Below are positions 1 through 12,485 of a stretch of DNA of 64,000 nucleotides, in pieces. Every line of letters begins with the position of its first letter. Within the stretch, counting starts at the first letter, position 1. The translations under genes were made by a program, and so were the position numbers. The notes beneath the pieces were generated by a model. It was not told the origin of the DNA. It was given only the letters and a program-made list of their open reading frames with translations, and searched no databases. Source of the stretch: Terriglobia bacterium (lineage in GTDB: Bacteria > Acidobacteriota > Polarisedimenticolia > Polarisedimenticolales > JAIQFR01); NCBI GenBank assembly GCA_963748015.1, contig CAVVHE010000008.1, positions 96,001 to 160,000 on the forward strand, written 5' to 3'.

Positions 1-2060
1 CCCTCGTGCCGCTCGTCGCGATCCCGGTCTCGCTGGTCGGCGCCGTCTTCCTGATGCAGGTCTTCGGGTTCACGATCAACCTCCTGACGCTGCTCGCGAT
101 CGTGCTCTCGGTCGGGCTCGTCGTGGACGACGCGATCGTCGTCGTCGAGAACGTGGAGCGGCGCCTCCGCGAGGGGCGCAAGCCGGTGGACGCCGCGCTC
201 CTCGGGGCCCGCGAGCTCGTGGGGCCGATCGTCGCGATGACCGTCACGCTCGCGGCGGTGTACGCGCCGATCGGACTGCAGGGCGGCCTCACCGGGTCGC
301 TCTTCCGGGAGTTCGCGTTCACGCTGGCGGGGGCGGTCCTGATCTCGGGCGTCGTGGCCGTGACGCTCTCCCCCGTCATGTCGGCGCGCCTGCTCGATCC
401 CCGCCGCGAGACCCGCGGGTTCACCGGGAGGATCAACCGGGACTTCGACCGCTTCCGCGAGTTCTACGGCCGCCTCCTCGACCGGACGCTCAAGGCGCGG
501 CCCGCCGTGTACGTCCTCTGGATCGCGCTGAGCCTGCTCGCGATCCCCATGTTCCTGATGTCGCCCAAGGAGCTCGCGCCGGCGGAAGACCAGGGGGTCG
601 TCTTCGGGGTCCTGGAAGGGCCGGCGGAATCGACGATCGACGAGGCGTCCCGTTACGCCGAGAAGGTCAACCGCGACTTCATGAGCCTGCCGGAGACCGC
701 CTACACCTTCCAGATCACCTTCCCGAGCGGGGGCTTCGGCGGCGCGGTCCTCAAGCCCTGGGGCGAGCGGAAGCGCACCGCCTTCGAGGTCCTCCCCGAG
801 ATCGCGGGGAAGGTGAGCTCGATCGCGGGGGTCCGGGTCCTGCCGCTGCTGCCCCCCGCGCTTCCCGGCGGCGGGCAGTTCCCGGTCGAGTTCGTCCTCG
901 CCTCGACGGTCGAGCCGGAGCGCATCCTCGCCTTCGCCGACAAGATCCAGCAGAAGGCGGCCGAGAGCGGCCTCTTCGCGTTCCCGCCGATCGTGGACAC
1001 GAAGATCGACCAGCCCCAGACGGAGATCGTCGTCGACCGCGACAAGGTCGCTTCGCTCGGCCTCAGCCTCGCGGAGGTCGGCGCGGACGTGGCCGCGATG
1101 GTCGGCGGGAACTTCGTGAACCGGTTCAACATCTCGGGGCGCAGCTACAAGGTGATCCCGCAGGCGAAGCGCACCGCGCGGCTCACCCCCGACCAGCTCG
1201 AGAACCTCTACGTGACCGGCCCCGACGGGAAGCTCGTCGCGCTGAGCACGGTCGCGAGCCTCAAGAGCTCCACCCAGCCGCGGACGCTCAATCGCTTCCA
1301 GCAGCTGAACGCGGTGAAGATCAGCGGCGTCTCGATCGTGCCGCTCGACCAGGCGCTCCTCTTCCTCGAGGGGGAGGCGGCCAAGATCCTCCCCGACGGC
1401 TACGTGATCGACTACACCGGCGAGTCGCGGCAGCTGCGGACGGAAGGGAACCGGTTCCTGCCGGCCTTCGGCCTGGCCCTCGTGCTGATCTTCCTGGTCC
1501 TCGCCGCGCAGTTCAACAGCTTCCGCGACCCGTTCGTGATCCTGGCGGGCTCCGTCCCCTCGCGATGTTCGGCGCGCTGCTGATGACCTTCATGAAGATG
1601 CCGAACCCGAACATGTCGTTCTGGACCGACGGCTGGACCACGACGCTCAACATCTACTCGCAGGTCGGGCTCGTGACGCTCGTGGGGCTGGTCTCGAAGA
1701 ACGGCATCCTGATCGTGGAGTTCGCCAACGAGCTCCAGCGGCAGGGGCGCTCGAAGCTCGACGCCGTGCGCGAGGCCGGCCGGACACGGCTCCGCCCGGT
1801 CCTGATGACGAGCGTCGCGACCGTGGCCGGGCACTTCCCGCTGACGCTCGTCACCGGGGCGGGGGCGGCGGCGAGAAACTCGATCGGTCTCGTCCTCGTG
1901 GCCGGGATGGCGATCGGCACGGTCTTCACGCTCTTCGTCATCCCGTCGGTCTACATGCTGCTCGCGCGGGAGCACGCGAGCGAGGCGGTTGCCGAGCCCG
2001 AGATCGAAGCGCCGCACGCGCGTCCCATCGCCGTCGGGGAATACCTCCCGGCCTGGCCCG
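1..2060 (+). CDS. RND efflux permease (AcrB/MexW-like), 5' end outside the window, frameshift at ~1558, 3' end uncertain
   Basis: Motifs GLVVDDAIVVVEN, GSLFREFAFTLA, KNGILIVEFAN and RLRPVLMT. ORFs 6..1583 and 1565..2701 join as GSVP(L)AMFGALL if one C is added to the C-run at ~1557-1559. Confidence 0.93.
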
Positions 2061-2103
2061 CTAGGGCGTACAATCCGCGGCGTCCCGGAACGAGGAGGCG
2101 CGC

Positions 2104-2701
2104 ATGGGAAGAGGATCCGGCCGGCGGGCAGCGTCCGATACGGCGCAGCATCACGCTCGAGGACGGCGCGACGCTGGCGCTCCGCCTGATGACCCCCTCG
2201 GACGCCCATCGCGTCCACGCGTTCGCTCGGGCCCTGCCGGAAGACGACCTGATGTTCCTGCGGACCGACATCACCAAGGCGGTCGTGGTGATGCTCTGGG
2301 GGCAGAACATCAAGAACGGCCTCACCGTGACCGTGCTGGCCGAGAAGGGGAACGAGGTCGTCGGCTACGCCAGCATGCACCACAACGAGGTGACCTGGCA
2401 GCGCCATCTCGGCGAGCTGCGGATCGTCGTGGCGGCGCCGTACCGGTCGCTCGGGCTCGGCAAGGAGCTCGCCTGCGAGATCTTCGGCATCGCGCGGGAG
2501 ATGGGGCTCAGGAAGATCGTCGGGCACATGACGCCGGACCAGAAGGCCGCGATCGCCATGGTCACTCGCCACGGCTTCAAGCTCGAGGCCGTCCTGCACG
2601 ACTTCGTCATGGACCGCGCCGGCCGCACCCACGACCTGATGGTCATGACGTGCGACGTCGGGGCGATGCCCGCGCCCGCCTCGGACGCCCCCGGCCGCTG
2701 A
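2104..2701 (+). CDS. GNAT-family N-acetyltransferase, in frame with the RND C-terminus as sequenced
   Basis: VVGYASM...YRSLGLGKEL (motif A-like)...HGFKLEAVL. GGAGG precedes an ATG at 2104 that is one base out of frame. Confidence 0.8.
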
Positions 2702-2746
2702 CGGGGCCGCCTCGCCGGCCGCGGCCCGGCCCTCCCGCAGGCCGGA

Positions 2747-5700
2747 TCATCCCGGCAGCAGGAGCACTCGCTGGATGGACCAGAGACGGGCGAGGATCCC
2801 GCCGTTCAGGTAGGCGATCCGCCACACCGCCAGGCGGAAAGCCCGCTTCTGTCCGCGGGACTGCCGCCGCGACGGGAACTCGCGCTCGATGTCGCGAAGC
2901 GAGAAGCGCGCGGAGTCGAACGCGATCCGGCGCTCGTCCCAAGAGGCCGTGCCGGAGTGCAGCAAGGTTTGCGCGAGAAGGTAGAAGAAGCGGAAGTAAG
3001 GCGGCAGCGCGTCGGCGCTCGTACCTCGAAGCTGCGTCGCGGCGCGATCGAAATCGCCGTGGACCGCATCGGCGAAGCCGCCCGATGCCAGCAGCGCCGG
3101 GTACGAGGAATCCCGCGGAAAGTTCAGCGCGGCCTGCACGATGCCCGGCAGCTCCTCGTCGCGCCCCAGTTCCAAGAGCGCCAGGACCAGGTTCTTGAGC
3201 CCCCACGCGGGGGCCTTCTCGAGACTCCGCCAATCCCCCAGCCAGTCGGCCGCCTCATGGTGAAGCCCCAGGCGGAGGAGCGCGAGCCCCGTGAGCGCCC
3301 ACGTGCGAGGCTCGCGGCGCAGTCGGTCTCCTTCCGCCTTCATCAGGCTGCGGACGGCCGTCGCGATTCCGGCCCGCGCCGCCTGCTCCAGGTACTGGCC
3401 GGCGGCCTCGACCCAGAGCTCCTGCTGATCCCGGATGCGGACCAGACCATCGAGGCACCTCCCGAAGTGACGTGCTTCGACCGCGAGGGACGCCCAGACC
3501 CGGCGGCCGACGCCGTCGCCTTGCCGGTGGCCAGGCTGTCCTCGATCGCGTCGAGGCACGGGCCGAGGGCGGCGGTCTCCGCCGCCGCCCTCGCCGCCTG
3601 GTCGACGAGAGGTAGGCTCGCGGCGGCCTCGAGGCACAGCTTCCGGAGCCCCACGAGGGCGCGATGGGCATCCTTGCGCGCGGCCGCGATCCGCGCCTCG
3701 CACGCCAGCGCTTGGGCGGCTGCGCCCGCCTCCTCGAGCCTCGGGATCACCGCCTCCGCCTCGTCGAGCTCGTCGAGCCGGCGGTGCGCGTCGAAGAGTC
3801 CGACGAGGGCGCCGGCAAGCGCCGGGTCGAGCCGGAGCGCTCGCCGGAACGCGGTCTTGGCGCCGGACGGATCGGCGGCCGCCAGGCACGCGCGGCCCAG
3901 GAAGACCTGGGCGTGGCCATCGTGCGGTTCCAGGGACGCCAGGCGCCCGGCGGCGGCCAGCAGCCCGAGAGCGTCCCCGGCGGAGCCGCACCATTCCGCG
4001 AGCTGGTGCCAGCCCCACACGTACGCCGGGTTGTCCCTCAGCAGCATGCGCATCCGGCCGATCGCGTCCAGGGCGCGGCCGCGCTGGTAGTCGACCCAGG
4101 CCCGGCGTCCCAGCAGCGAGAGCGGCGGGGAGGACTTCCAGAGCGGCGGATTGCATGCCGAGACGGCATCGCCGAAGCGGCCGGCACCAACGAGGAGCGC
4201 GGCCTTGAGATCATGAGCGTCGAGGAGGCTCGGATCGAGCTCGAGCGCCCGCTCGACGATCCGGAGGCACTCGTCGATCCGGTCGGGGCGCTCCATGCAT
4301 CGCCCGAGAATGAGCCAGGAACGGGGGTCCCGCGGAGAGATCTCCGTCCACTTCCGGGCCAGCCTCTCGGCGGAATCGCGATCCAGAGCGAGAGAGTACT
4401 CGTGGAGCAGCCTCCAGCCTTGCTCGTGGGCCGGATCGATGCCGACGAGGCGCTCGAGAACCGCCACCGCGGCATCCTTCTCGCCGAGGCGCCAAAGCAG
4501 CCCCGCCCGGCAGCATTGATTCTCGGGGTCGAGAGACTCCCGTTTACAGGCGTCCTCCAGAACCTGCCGGGCGGAAGCGACGTCTCCCCGGTCCGCGAGC
4601 GCTCTCGCCAGCAACCGAGCCGCGACCGTCCACGACGGGTAGATTTCCAGCGCGCGGCGCAACGCCGAGATCTCGTCGTCCCGACGTCCTTGACAGCGGG
4701 CGACCGTCGCCAGGTCTTGCCAGGCCGCCGCCTCGAGAGGGAAGCGCCGGACCGCCTCGCTCGCCGCCTCGGCCGCTTCGTCCAGGCGGTCCATCGCGGC
4801 GCACTGCGCGATCGCGATCGACCAGTGCCCCCAGACGCCCGGGCGGCGCTCGAGCATGGCGCGGCAGAACGCGAGAATCTCCCCGCCGTCCAGAACGCCC
4901 GCCGCGGCCTCGCGGTAGGCCGCGCAACCCGCCACTCCCGCCGACGGGCCCTCGAGCCGCTCCCGGACGAACGCGATAGCCGCTTGTTTCTCCGCCAGCG
5001 AGGGGCAGAGCGCCGTCCAGTGGTGGATCGCGAAGACGTCGTCCGCGGAGCGGCTGACGGCTTCGCGGTACGCGCGCATCGCCTCGCTCGCGTCACCGCC
5101 TCGCTCGAGAATCCAGCCGAGGACCGACCAGGATGCGCTCGACTCCGGCTCGATCTGCATGGCGATCTTGGCTTCCGCGAGCGCGGCGACTCTCTCGTTC
5201 TCGTCGGAGAGGATCAGGGCGTATTCACGGTGCGCCCACGCGTCGCGCGGGTAGAGGTCCACGAGGTAGCGGGCGGCCTCCCGCGCGAAGTCGCGGCGCC
5301 AGCGTCTCGTCCAGCGCAGCCGTTGACGGTGCAACTCGACGTGATAGGGGTACTGCGCGCAGGCCGCGCCGAGATGGTCGAGCGCGGCGTCCACTCCCCG
5401 GACGGCGGCGATCAGCCAGACGGTGGCCTCGCGCGCTTGGATGTCCAGCGGTTCCCGCCGGAGCACCTGCTCCCAGCGAGCGAGCGCGTCCGGAAGCGCC
5501 CCTCGCGCCCTCGCCACGTCCGCGGAGGTTCGGAGATGGGAACTTTCGCTGACTCGCCCGGCGGCCCGCTCGAGAAGCGCGTCGGCGCGATCGATGAACC
5601 CCCGCTCGGCGCCGGCGCCGGCCGCGAAGGCCAAGAGGTCGCCGTCCTCGGGACGCCGGGACAGAGCCTCGTCGAGGATCTCGAACGCGAGCCCGGCCCT

Positions 5701-7727
5701 GTCCAGCGAGCAGAGGGCCTTGAACAGCGTGAAGGCGGGACCCGCCGACCGATCCTCGAGGCGGCGGAAGCGATCCTCCAGGAGCCGGAGGGCGTCCTCG
5801 GACCGTCCAGCCGCGCACGCGACCTGGAAATAGGAGAGCGCGAGCTGCTCGGCCTTGTCGTCCAGACAGGCCGCGAAGCGGGCGGACTCGATCGCTTCCT
5901 CCTTGAGGCCCCGCCGCCACTGGATGCGAGAGAACGTCGAGTGCCCCCGCGGTCGGCTGCCCGCCGACGCGGAGCGCCGGCCGAAGGAGCTCGATCGCGC
6001 GGTCCTGGTCCCATGCGTCCACCGCCAGCTCGCCGGCATAGGCGATGCGGACGGCCGGATGGCTCGCGGATTCTCCGCGAGGGAGCGCAGGAGGGCCATC
6101 CGCTCGTCGTATCGGAGCAGATCCCGCAGGAGATCCGCGCGGTTGGCCGAGAGCGCCTCGTCCGACGGGAAGAGACGCAGGAGGCCGTCGACGGACTCGA
6201 GCATCGCGCCGCGGTTCGCGTCGTACGCCGCCACGGCGAGCCGGCCGCGGAGGGTGAGAGGGTGACCCGGCGCCGCGGACTCCATCTCGGAAAGCGTGCG
6301 GGCCGCCTCCGCGCGGTCATGGGCTCGCAGGGCCTTTCCGATCCCGTACAGCAGGTCGTGGACCGGCGCGTCCGGGAGATCGAGGGGCTCGAGAAGCTCC
6401 GCCCGCTCTCGCGGCACCAGTGCCATGCCTCGCGGACCGCTCGCGCGCTGGTGCTCGAACAGCGGCTCGGCGAGCGCTTCCCGTAGTGGCGGAAGGTGGG
6501 ATCGCGCAGGAGCAGGGTGCCCCGAAGCGCGTCGTAGCCAATGACCGCCTGCAGGTGCGCGCCCCAGGGCCAGGTCGTCACGAGCGTGAACGGTATCCCG
6601 CGATCGAGCAGGGCGGTCGAGCTCTTCCAGTCGACCGTGAACTCGCGCGCCAGCCAGCCGTGCTCGCCTCGGCCCATTCCCGCTCGCTGCACGATGGTCG
6701 TTCCGTCGTAGCAGATGCGGTCCGCCAGCTCGAGGTGGTCCACCGGCTTCGACCAGAATCCGGCGATGGCCGCCAGCGTGGCGGGAGCGCAGGTTTGGTG
6801 ATGCTGGCGCACGAATCCCACCGGCAGCCTGACCCGCGCCCTCGGCAGGTCCGGCCGGTCGAGCCGCTCGAGCAGCGAGGCATGGAACGGATTGTCCGAC
6901 GCCCGGGCGTACCGGACCGCGGCCTCCAGGTCTCCGCAGCCGTAGGCGGCGTCGGATCGAAGGGCGGCGAGGGACCGGGACCAACCGGGCTCGAGGAGCG
7001 GTGACAGATTCTCGAAGTGGTCGAGGCTCGCGAGCACCTCGCGATGAAGCCCCAGTTCGCTCTGGGTCTTCGCGAGCTCCATGGCGACCAGCGCGCACTC
7101 GATTTCCTTCGCGGCGTCTCCGAGGAGGGCGAGAGCCTCGTCGTCCCGGCCCTGCATTCGAAGGAGCTCCGCGGCCACGAGGAGCGCGGGCGGGTACCAC
7201 GGCCTGAGGTCCAGGGCGAACTGCGCGGCGCCGAGCGCTTCCTCGTAGCGATCCTGGGCCAGTAGAACGTAGGCTCGCTCGGTGAGCACCCAGGGGGATC
7301 GCGGCAAGAGCTTCTCGGCGCGGTCGGCGAGAAGCTCGGCCCGCTCGAAATCGCGAAGGAAGGCGAGGGTCTCGGCCTCGAGGGCCAGACGCTCGCCGAG
7401 GGCCTCCTCGTCCTCGGACGGCGGCTCGCTCTTGCCGCGAAGAAAGTGCATGACGGCCAGAGGTCCGAGGCGCCGGCCGATGACGCGGGCGCGGAAGTAC
7501 ACCGCGCCGGGATGGTCGGGGTCCTTGCGCCACGCCAGCTCGTGGAGGGCGTTTCCGAGACGCGGCGCGCCGAGCTGCATCGCGAGCCGCCCGGCAAGGA
7601 GCCGCGCGGCGGTTCCTTCCCACTCCCTGAGCGGCGCGACGCGCGAGGCGGCCTCGTGGGCCTGCACGAAGTGGCCCGCGTCGTAGAGCGCTGCCACGCG
7701 CTGAAGATCGGCGTCGCCGACGAGCAT
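2747..7727 (-). CDS. Very large TPR-repeat protein with a C39/papain-like peptidase domain, split by several frameshifts
   Basis: Segments in ORFs 5412..7727, 3343..7788, 5225..6022 and 2747..4156. Putative triad RQHHQTCAPATL / HLQAVIGYD / LRDP. Many TPR-like helical repeats. Confidence 0.8.
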
Positions 7728-7961
7728 GACCGTTCATCCGGGCAAGGCTCGGGGACCGTCCGCCCCGCCTGCCGACTCGAACAGGCACCCGGACGGCACC
7801 CCGGTCCGCCCGGCGTCAGGACAGCAGGCCGCCTGCGGCGGCGCGTCTCGACGATGGCATCCGGCACCCCGGATGCCGCGCGGAGAGCATACCCGACCAA
7901 GGCGGCGGAAGGAATGGTACGAATCGCGGCTCTGTTCGCTCGCGGCCCGGCCGGCCCCAGG

Positions 7962-10900
7962 CTAATCGTCCCAGCCGAACCGCTCCGACACGCGCTCGAG
8001 CCACACGTACGTGGCCGGGTGGATCGTGTCGCCGCCTTCCTTTTCGAAGAAGAACGGCTTGCGCTTGACCTTGGCGGGCGCGACCTGGTCCATCGTGCTC
8101 GCGTCGTAGAGGCGGCCGTTGAGCATCGTGAAGGCGATCTTCTCGGAGTCGCGGATGTCCTCGAGCGGCTTGCCGTCGATGACGACGAGGTCGGCGAGCT
8201 TCCCGGGCTCGATCGAGCCGAGGTCCTTGTCCAATCCGAGGTAGCGCGCGCCGTCGAGGCTGGCGCTGCGGAACGCCTCCCACGGGGTGAAGCCGCCCTG
8301 GACCATGCTCCAGATCTCCCAGTGGGCGGCGAGCCCCGCGCGCTGGCCGTGCGCGCCGATCTGCACCGACACCCCCTTCGAGCGGAGGACGTGCGCCTCC
8401 TCGGCGACGCGGACGTGGTTGTAGTGCGCGTCCGGGGCCTTGGTGCGGCGCATGGAGCGCGGTTCGACGATGAAGCGCGGGGTGAACGTCATGAGGCGCT
8501 GGTCCTTCCACACGTCCGTGCGGTCGTACCAGTAGTTCTCGCCGGAGATGCCGCCGTAGGCGACGACGAACGTCGGCGTGTAGCCGACCTTGGTCTTCTG
8601 ACCAGAGCTGCCTCGCGTCGTCGTAGAGCCTGACGAGCGGGGTCGCGTGCTCGATCCCGGTGTGGCCGTCCACGATCTGCGTCATGTTGGACTGGTACTT
8701 CGCGCCTCCCTCGGGCACGACCATCATCCCGAGGTCCCGGGCCGCGGCGAGGATCTGCTGCCGCTGGTCGCGGCGCGGAAGCTGGTAGGACTTGACGGAG
8801 ATCGCGCCGGCCTCCTTGAGGCGCCTCACGTGGAACGCCGCGTCGTCGAGGGAGTCCACGTCGGCGGTCACCGAGGGCTCGTGCGCGCCGTAGAGGATCG
8901 TCCCCGTCGAGAAGATCCGGGGGGCCACGACGAGGCCGGCCTTCTGTAGCTCGGCCGCGGCGAAGACGCTCGCGGTGTCGTTCGAGGGGTCGTGGATCGT
9001 GGTCACGCCGAAGGCGAGGTTCGCGAGCTGCATCCAGTTCTGGTCGGGGACGAGCCCCTCGTTCGCGAACGGGCCGTGCGCGTGCGCGTCGACGAAGCCC
9101 GGGACGATCGTCTTGCCGCTCACGTCGAAGACCGCGGCGCCTTCCGGGATCGCAACACTCGAGGCGGGGCCGACCGCCTCGATCCGGTTCCCCTTCACGA
9201 CGACGACGCCGTTCTCGACGATCTCCTGCCTCGCGTCCGCATCGCGCAACGTCACGATCCGCGCCCCCTTGAGCACGATCGTCCCGGCGGGGCGGTCGGA
9301 CGGCACACGGAACTTCAGGTCGGTGCCTTCCTCGACCGGTTCGGGGAGCTTGTCGGGCGCCCCCGCGAGGAACGCGAACGCGTCCTTGAGATCGCGCGTG
9401 TAGAGCGTCGGCCCGTGGCTCCAGTGCAGGGCCTTCCCGTCGCCGGACCAGTGCAGCGACTCGCCCGACCGCTTCGACACCTGCTTCACGGGGATCGCCT
9501 TGGTGCCGGAGCCGATGTCCACGGGCTTGCCGGTCGAGGCGAACGGGGCGACGAAGACGTTCCACTTCGCGGTGAACGCGACGAACCGGCCGTCCGGCGA
9601 GACGGCGAACTCCGTGGCCTCGTCGCTCTTGAGATGCGTGCGAGCGTCCACGCCGTCGAGGTTCACGCTCTTGAAATGGAGGTTGGTCTCGTCCGCGGGC
9701 TCCGAGAAGAACACGCGGTCGCTCGCGGCGCCGAACTGGGCGTTGACCCCGTTCTTCGAGAGCAGCTTCGCCTCGCCGCCGGAGGCGGGGATCAGGTAGA
9801 CGCCGGGATCCATGGACCAGGCGCCGGCGCTCATGTAGCCGTCGGTGACCTTCCGGAACACGAGCCACTTGCCGTCGGGGGAGAAGCGGGGCTCGACGTA
9901 GTGGCCCGGGTCCTTCGTGACGGCGCGCCCCTCGCCGCCGCCGGCCGGGACGACGCGAAGGGAGCCGTAGGCCTCGTCGTTCCACGTCGTGTACGCGATC
10001 CACTGCCCGTCGCGCGAGAACGACGGGTGGAACTCCGTGTGATCCGTCTGGGCGGTGAGCCGCCTCGGCGCGCCGCCCTTCGCGTCCCGGACGTACAGGC
10101 GCCCGAGCGCCTGGAAGACGATCCTCGACCCGTCCGGGGAAAGCTGGGCCCAGCGCGGCATCTTGACGTCGAACTCGGCGGGGGCCACGTCCACGGGGAA
10201 GCGGACGGCGGGGGCGACCTTTCGCGAGGTCTTCACGTGAACGGGAATGACCGCGTCCTCCTTCGTCCGGACGTTCACGCGGCGGATCTTCCCCCCGGCC
10301 CAGAACACGATGGACGTCCCGTCGGGGGTCCACGCGAACGCCGTGGTGTTCCCCTGGCTGCCGTCGGTCTCCTGGAGGTCGCGGTCGAGGCGCGTGTACA
10401 CGGGCCGCTCGGTCCCGCTCGCGAGGTCCTTCACGTAGAGCGCGCTCACCATGTCCGGCGTGCGCTTGACGTACGCGAGCGACTTGCCGTCCCGCGACGG
10501 CGTCGGGCGGATCGCGCCGCCGGCCCCCTCGACGATCGTGTCCACCTCGCCGTTCTTCCGGTCCAGGCGGCGAATGGAGAAGATCCGGCCGGTGGAGTCC
10601 TTGTCGTACTGCCACACCCGTCCCGGCGTCGTGTCCTGGCTGTAGTAGAGGTACCGGCCGTCGGGGGAGAGCGCCGGCTCCGCGATGGTCTTCTGCGCCT
10701 TGGCGCCGTCGGGCCGCTCGACGAGCACGAGGCCGCCGCCGCCGCCCACGCTGAAGAGCCAGATCTCCCCCGCGGCGATGCTGCGCGTCGAGGTGAAGTC
10801 CTTCTTCGCGACGAGGTACTCGCCGTCCGCGCTCCATGACGGGTTGTGGACGAGGTGCTCCTTCTCCTCGGTGACGGCCGTGGGGTTCGTCCCGTCCGCG

Positions 10901-11271
10901 TTCATGAGCCAGAGGTTGTCGGCGCCGCCGCGGTCGCTGATGAAGGCGATCTTCTTCCCGTCCGGGCTGAACCGCGGCTCGGTGTCCCACGGGATCCCTT
11001 CCGTCAGCGGCTTCGCTTCGCCCCCCTCCGATGGAATCGCGTAGAGGTCGCCGAGCATGTCGAAGACGATCGTCTTCCCGTCCGGGCTGATGTCCACACT
11101 CGACCACGTCGTCTCGGAGGTGTCGATCGGGACGGAGGCCCAGGCTCCCGGCGGGTTCGCCACGTCCCACTTCTTCTCGTCCTTCTTGTCCGCCGCGGCG
11201 TGCAGGGCCGTGGACGAGAGCGCCAGCAGGACGCCGGCGATCCAAGCGAGAACCGGGCGACAGGTCTTCAT
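7962..11271 (-). CDS. Secreted amidohydrolase with N-terminal TolB/PD40 beta-propeller repeats, frameshift at ~8598
   Basis: Signal peptide; repeated FSPDG motifs; PGFVDAHAH metal motif; C-terminal GSIEPGKLADLVV in ORF 7962..8513. Confidence 0.9.
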
Positions 11272-11411
11272 GGTCGAGCCCTTTCGAAGGGAGCGGCGCG
11301 CCTCTCCCGGGAATGCGCTACGAAAGACCCCATGCTAGCGCACGGCGGCGAGCCGCGCAGCGCCGTCCATGCGGCGCGGGAGGGCTCCGGAGGGGGGATT
11401 CCGACGGGAGA

Positions 11412-12227
11412 CTAGGTGCCCGCGCAGATCGTGAAATCGGTGAGGTCCGGGTTGACGAAGTCCACCTGAGCGCAGCCGCCGGAGAGGGTCACCGCGGCCA
11501 CCTCGGTCCCGTTGACCTGGATCGTGCCGGTCATCGTCTCGCGGTTCAGGACGAAGCGGATCGTGTTGCCGCGCGGACCGGTGACGGTCTCCTCGAAGCG
11601 CGTCGGAGAGACGACGACGACCACCACCAGGGAGGTGCCCCCGGCCGGGGTCACCGTGTGGGTCATGGCGAGGTTGTAGTCCGTGACCTGGCCCCCCGCG
11701 TCGCGGGTCACGTCGCCGGTGGCGGTCCAGGTCGCGACGCCGAGGAGGCTCGTCGCCGAGGCGTTGAAGTTGACCGCGTAGCGGATTCCGCTCGGGGGTT
11801 GATCGACCGATGGCGTCACGACGAGCGTTCCCTCGACGGCGACCGAGACGCCGTCGATGACGAGGGTTCCCGAGAACGTGAACGTCCCGGTCCCCTCGGT
11901 CGTCGCGGAGCAGGTTCCGGTGATGCCGTTGCCGAGGTCGAATGTCGCCGGGCAGGCGGGCGGCGGCGCGACCGGCGCGACCGGCGCGCCGGCGACCAGC
12001 TTCGTCATCCCGGTGGAAACACCCATCCGGCCGACCATCGCCCCGATCAGCTCCGCGGAAGCCGCGGCGGACGGTCCCGTCATCGAGACCGCCAGCGCGC
12101 TGGCGTTGACGTCCGCCTGCGTGTCCGCGTTGCTCGGCTGTGCGACGTCGTTGCTCGAGCAGCCGATCGCCGCGGCCAGCCCGGCGAGGACGACTACCGC
12201 GATCCACCCGAAGCCGATCTTGCGCAT
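11412..12227 (-). CDS. Hypothetical Thr/Gly-rich lipoprotein
   Basis: GAGGAG RBS; lipobox-like LAAAIGC; sequence rich in predicted beta-strands. Confidence 0.75.
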   Translation of the reverse strand: MRKIGFGWIAVVVLAGLAAAIGCSSNDVAQPSNADTQADVNASALAVSMTGPSAAASAELIGAMVGRMGVSTGMTKLVAGAPVAPVAPPPACPATFDLGNGITGTCSATTEGTGTFTFSGTLVIDGVSVAVEGTLVVTPSVDQPPSGIRYAVNFNASATSLLGVATWTATGDVTRDAGGQVTDYNLAMTHTVTPAGGTSLVVVVVVSPTRFEETVTGPRGNTIRFVLNRETMTGTIQVNGTEVAAVTLSGGCAQVDFVNPDLTDFTICAGT

Positions 12228-12485
12228 CCGCTGCTCCTCACCCCTCGTGAATGGACTCGGGACGGGCGGGCAGAGGGATCCGGCCGTCCGAAGGGAAGCT
12301 AGCGGCCGGATGCGCCGGAATCAAGGGAAGGAACCGTAACCGGCGGGCCGAAATGGAGTTACGCCGCGATCGCGATACCGGTTCGTAAGTCGGATCACGA
12401 TCCCGGAATCTGCGACGGTCCCGGCGCGACGCGTCCCAGGTAGAATCGCCGCCGCCGCCGGACGCGGCGCGCCGAGGAGGGGCTC

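Noticed and set aside
12228..12485. Glycine riboswitch upstream of the alanine/glycine symporter
   Set aside because: A CCGAAGG and a hairpin are present, but the GGAGA and CTCAGG core elements are not.
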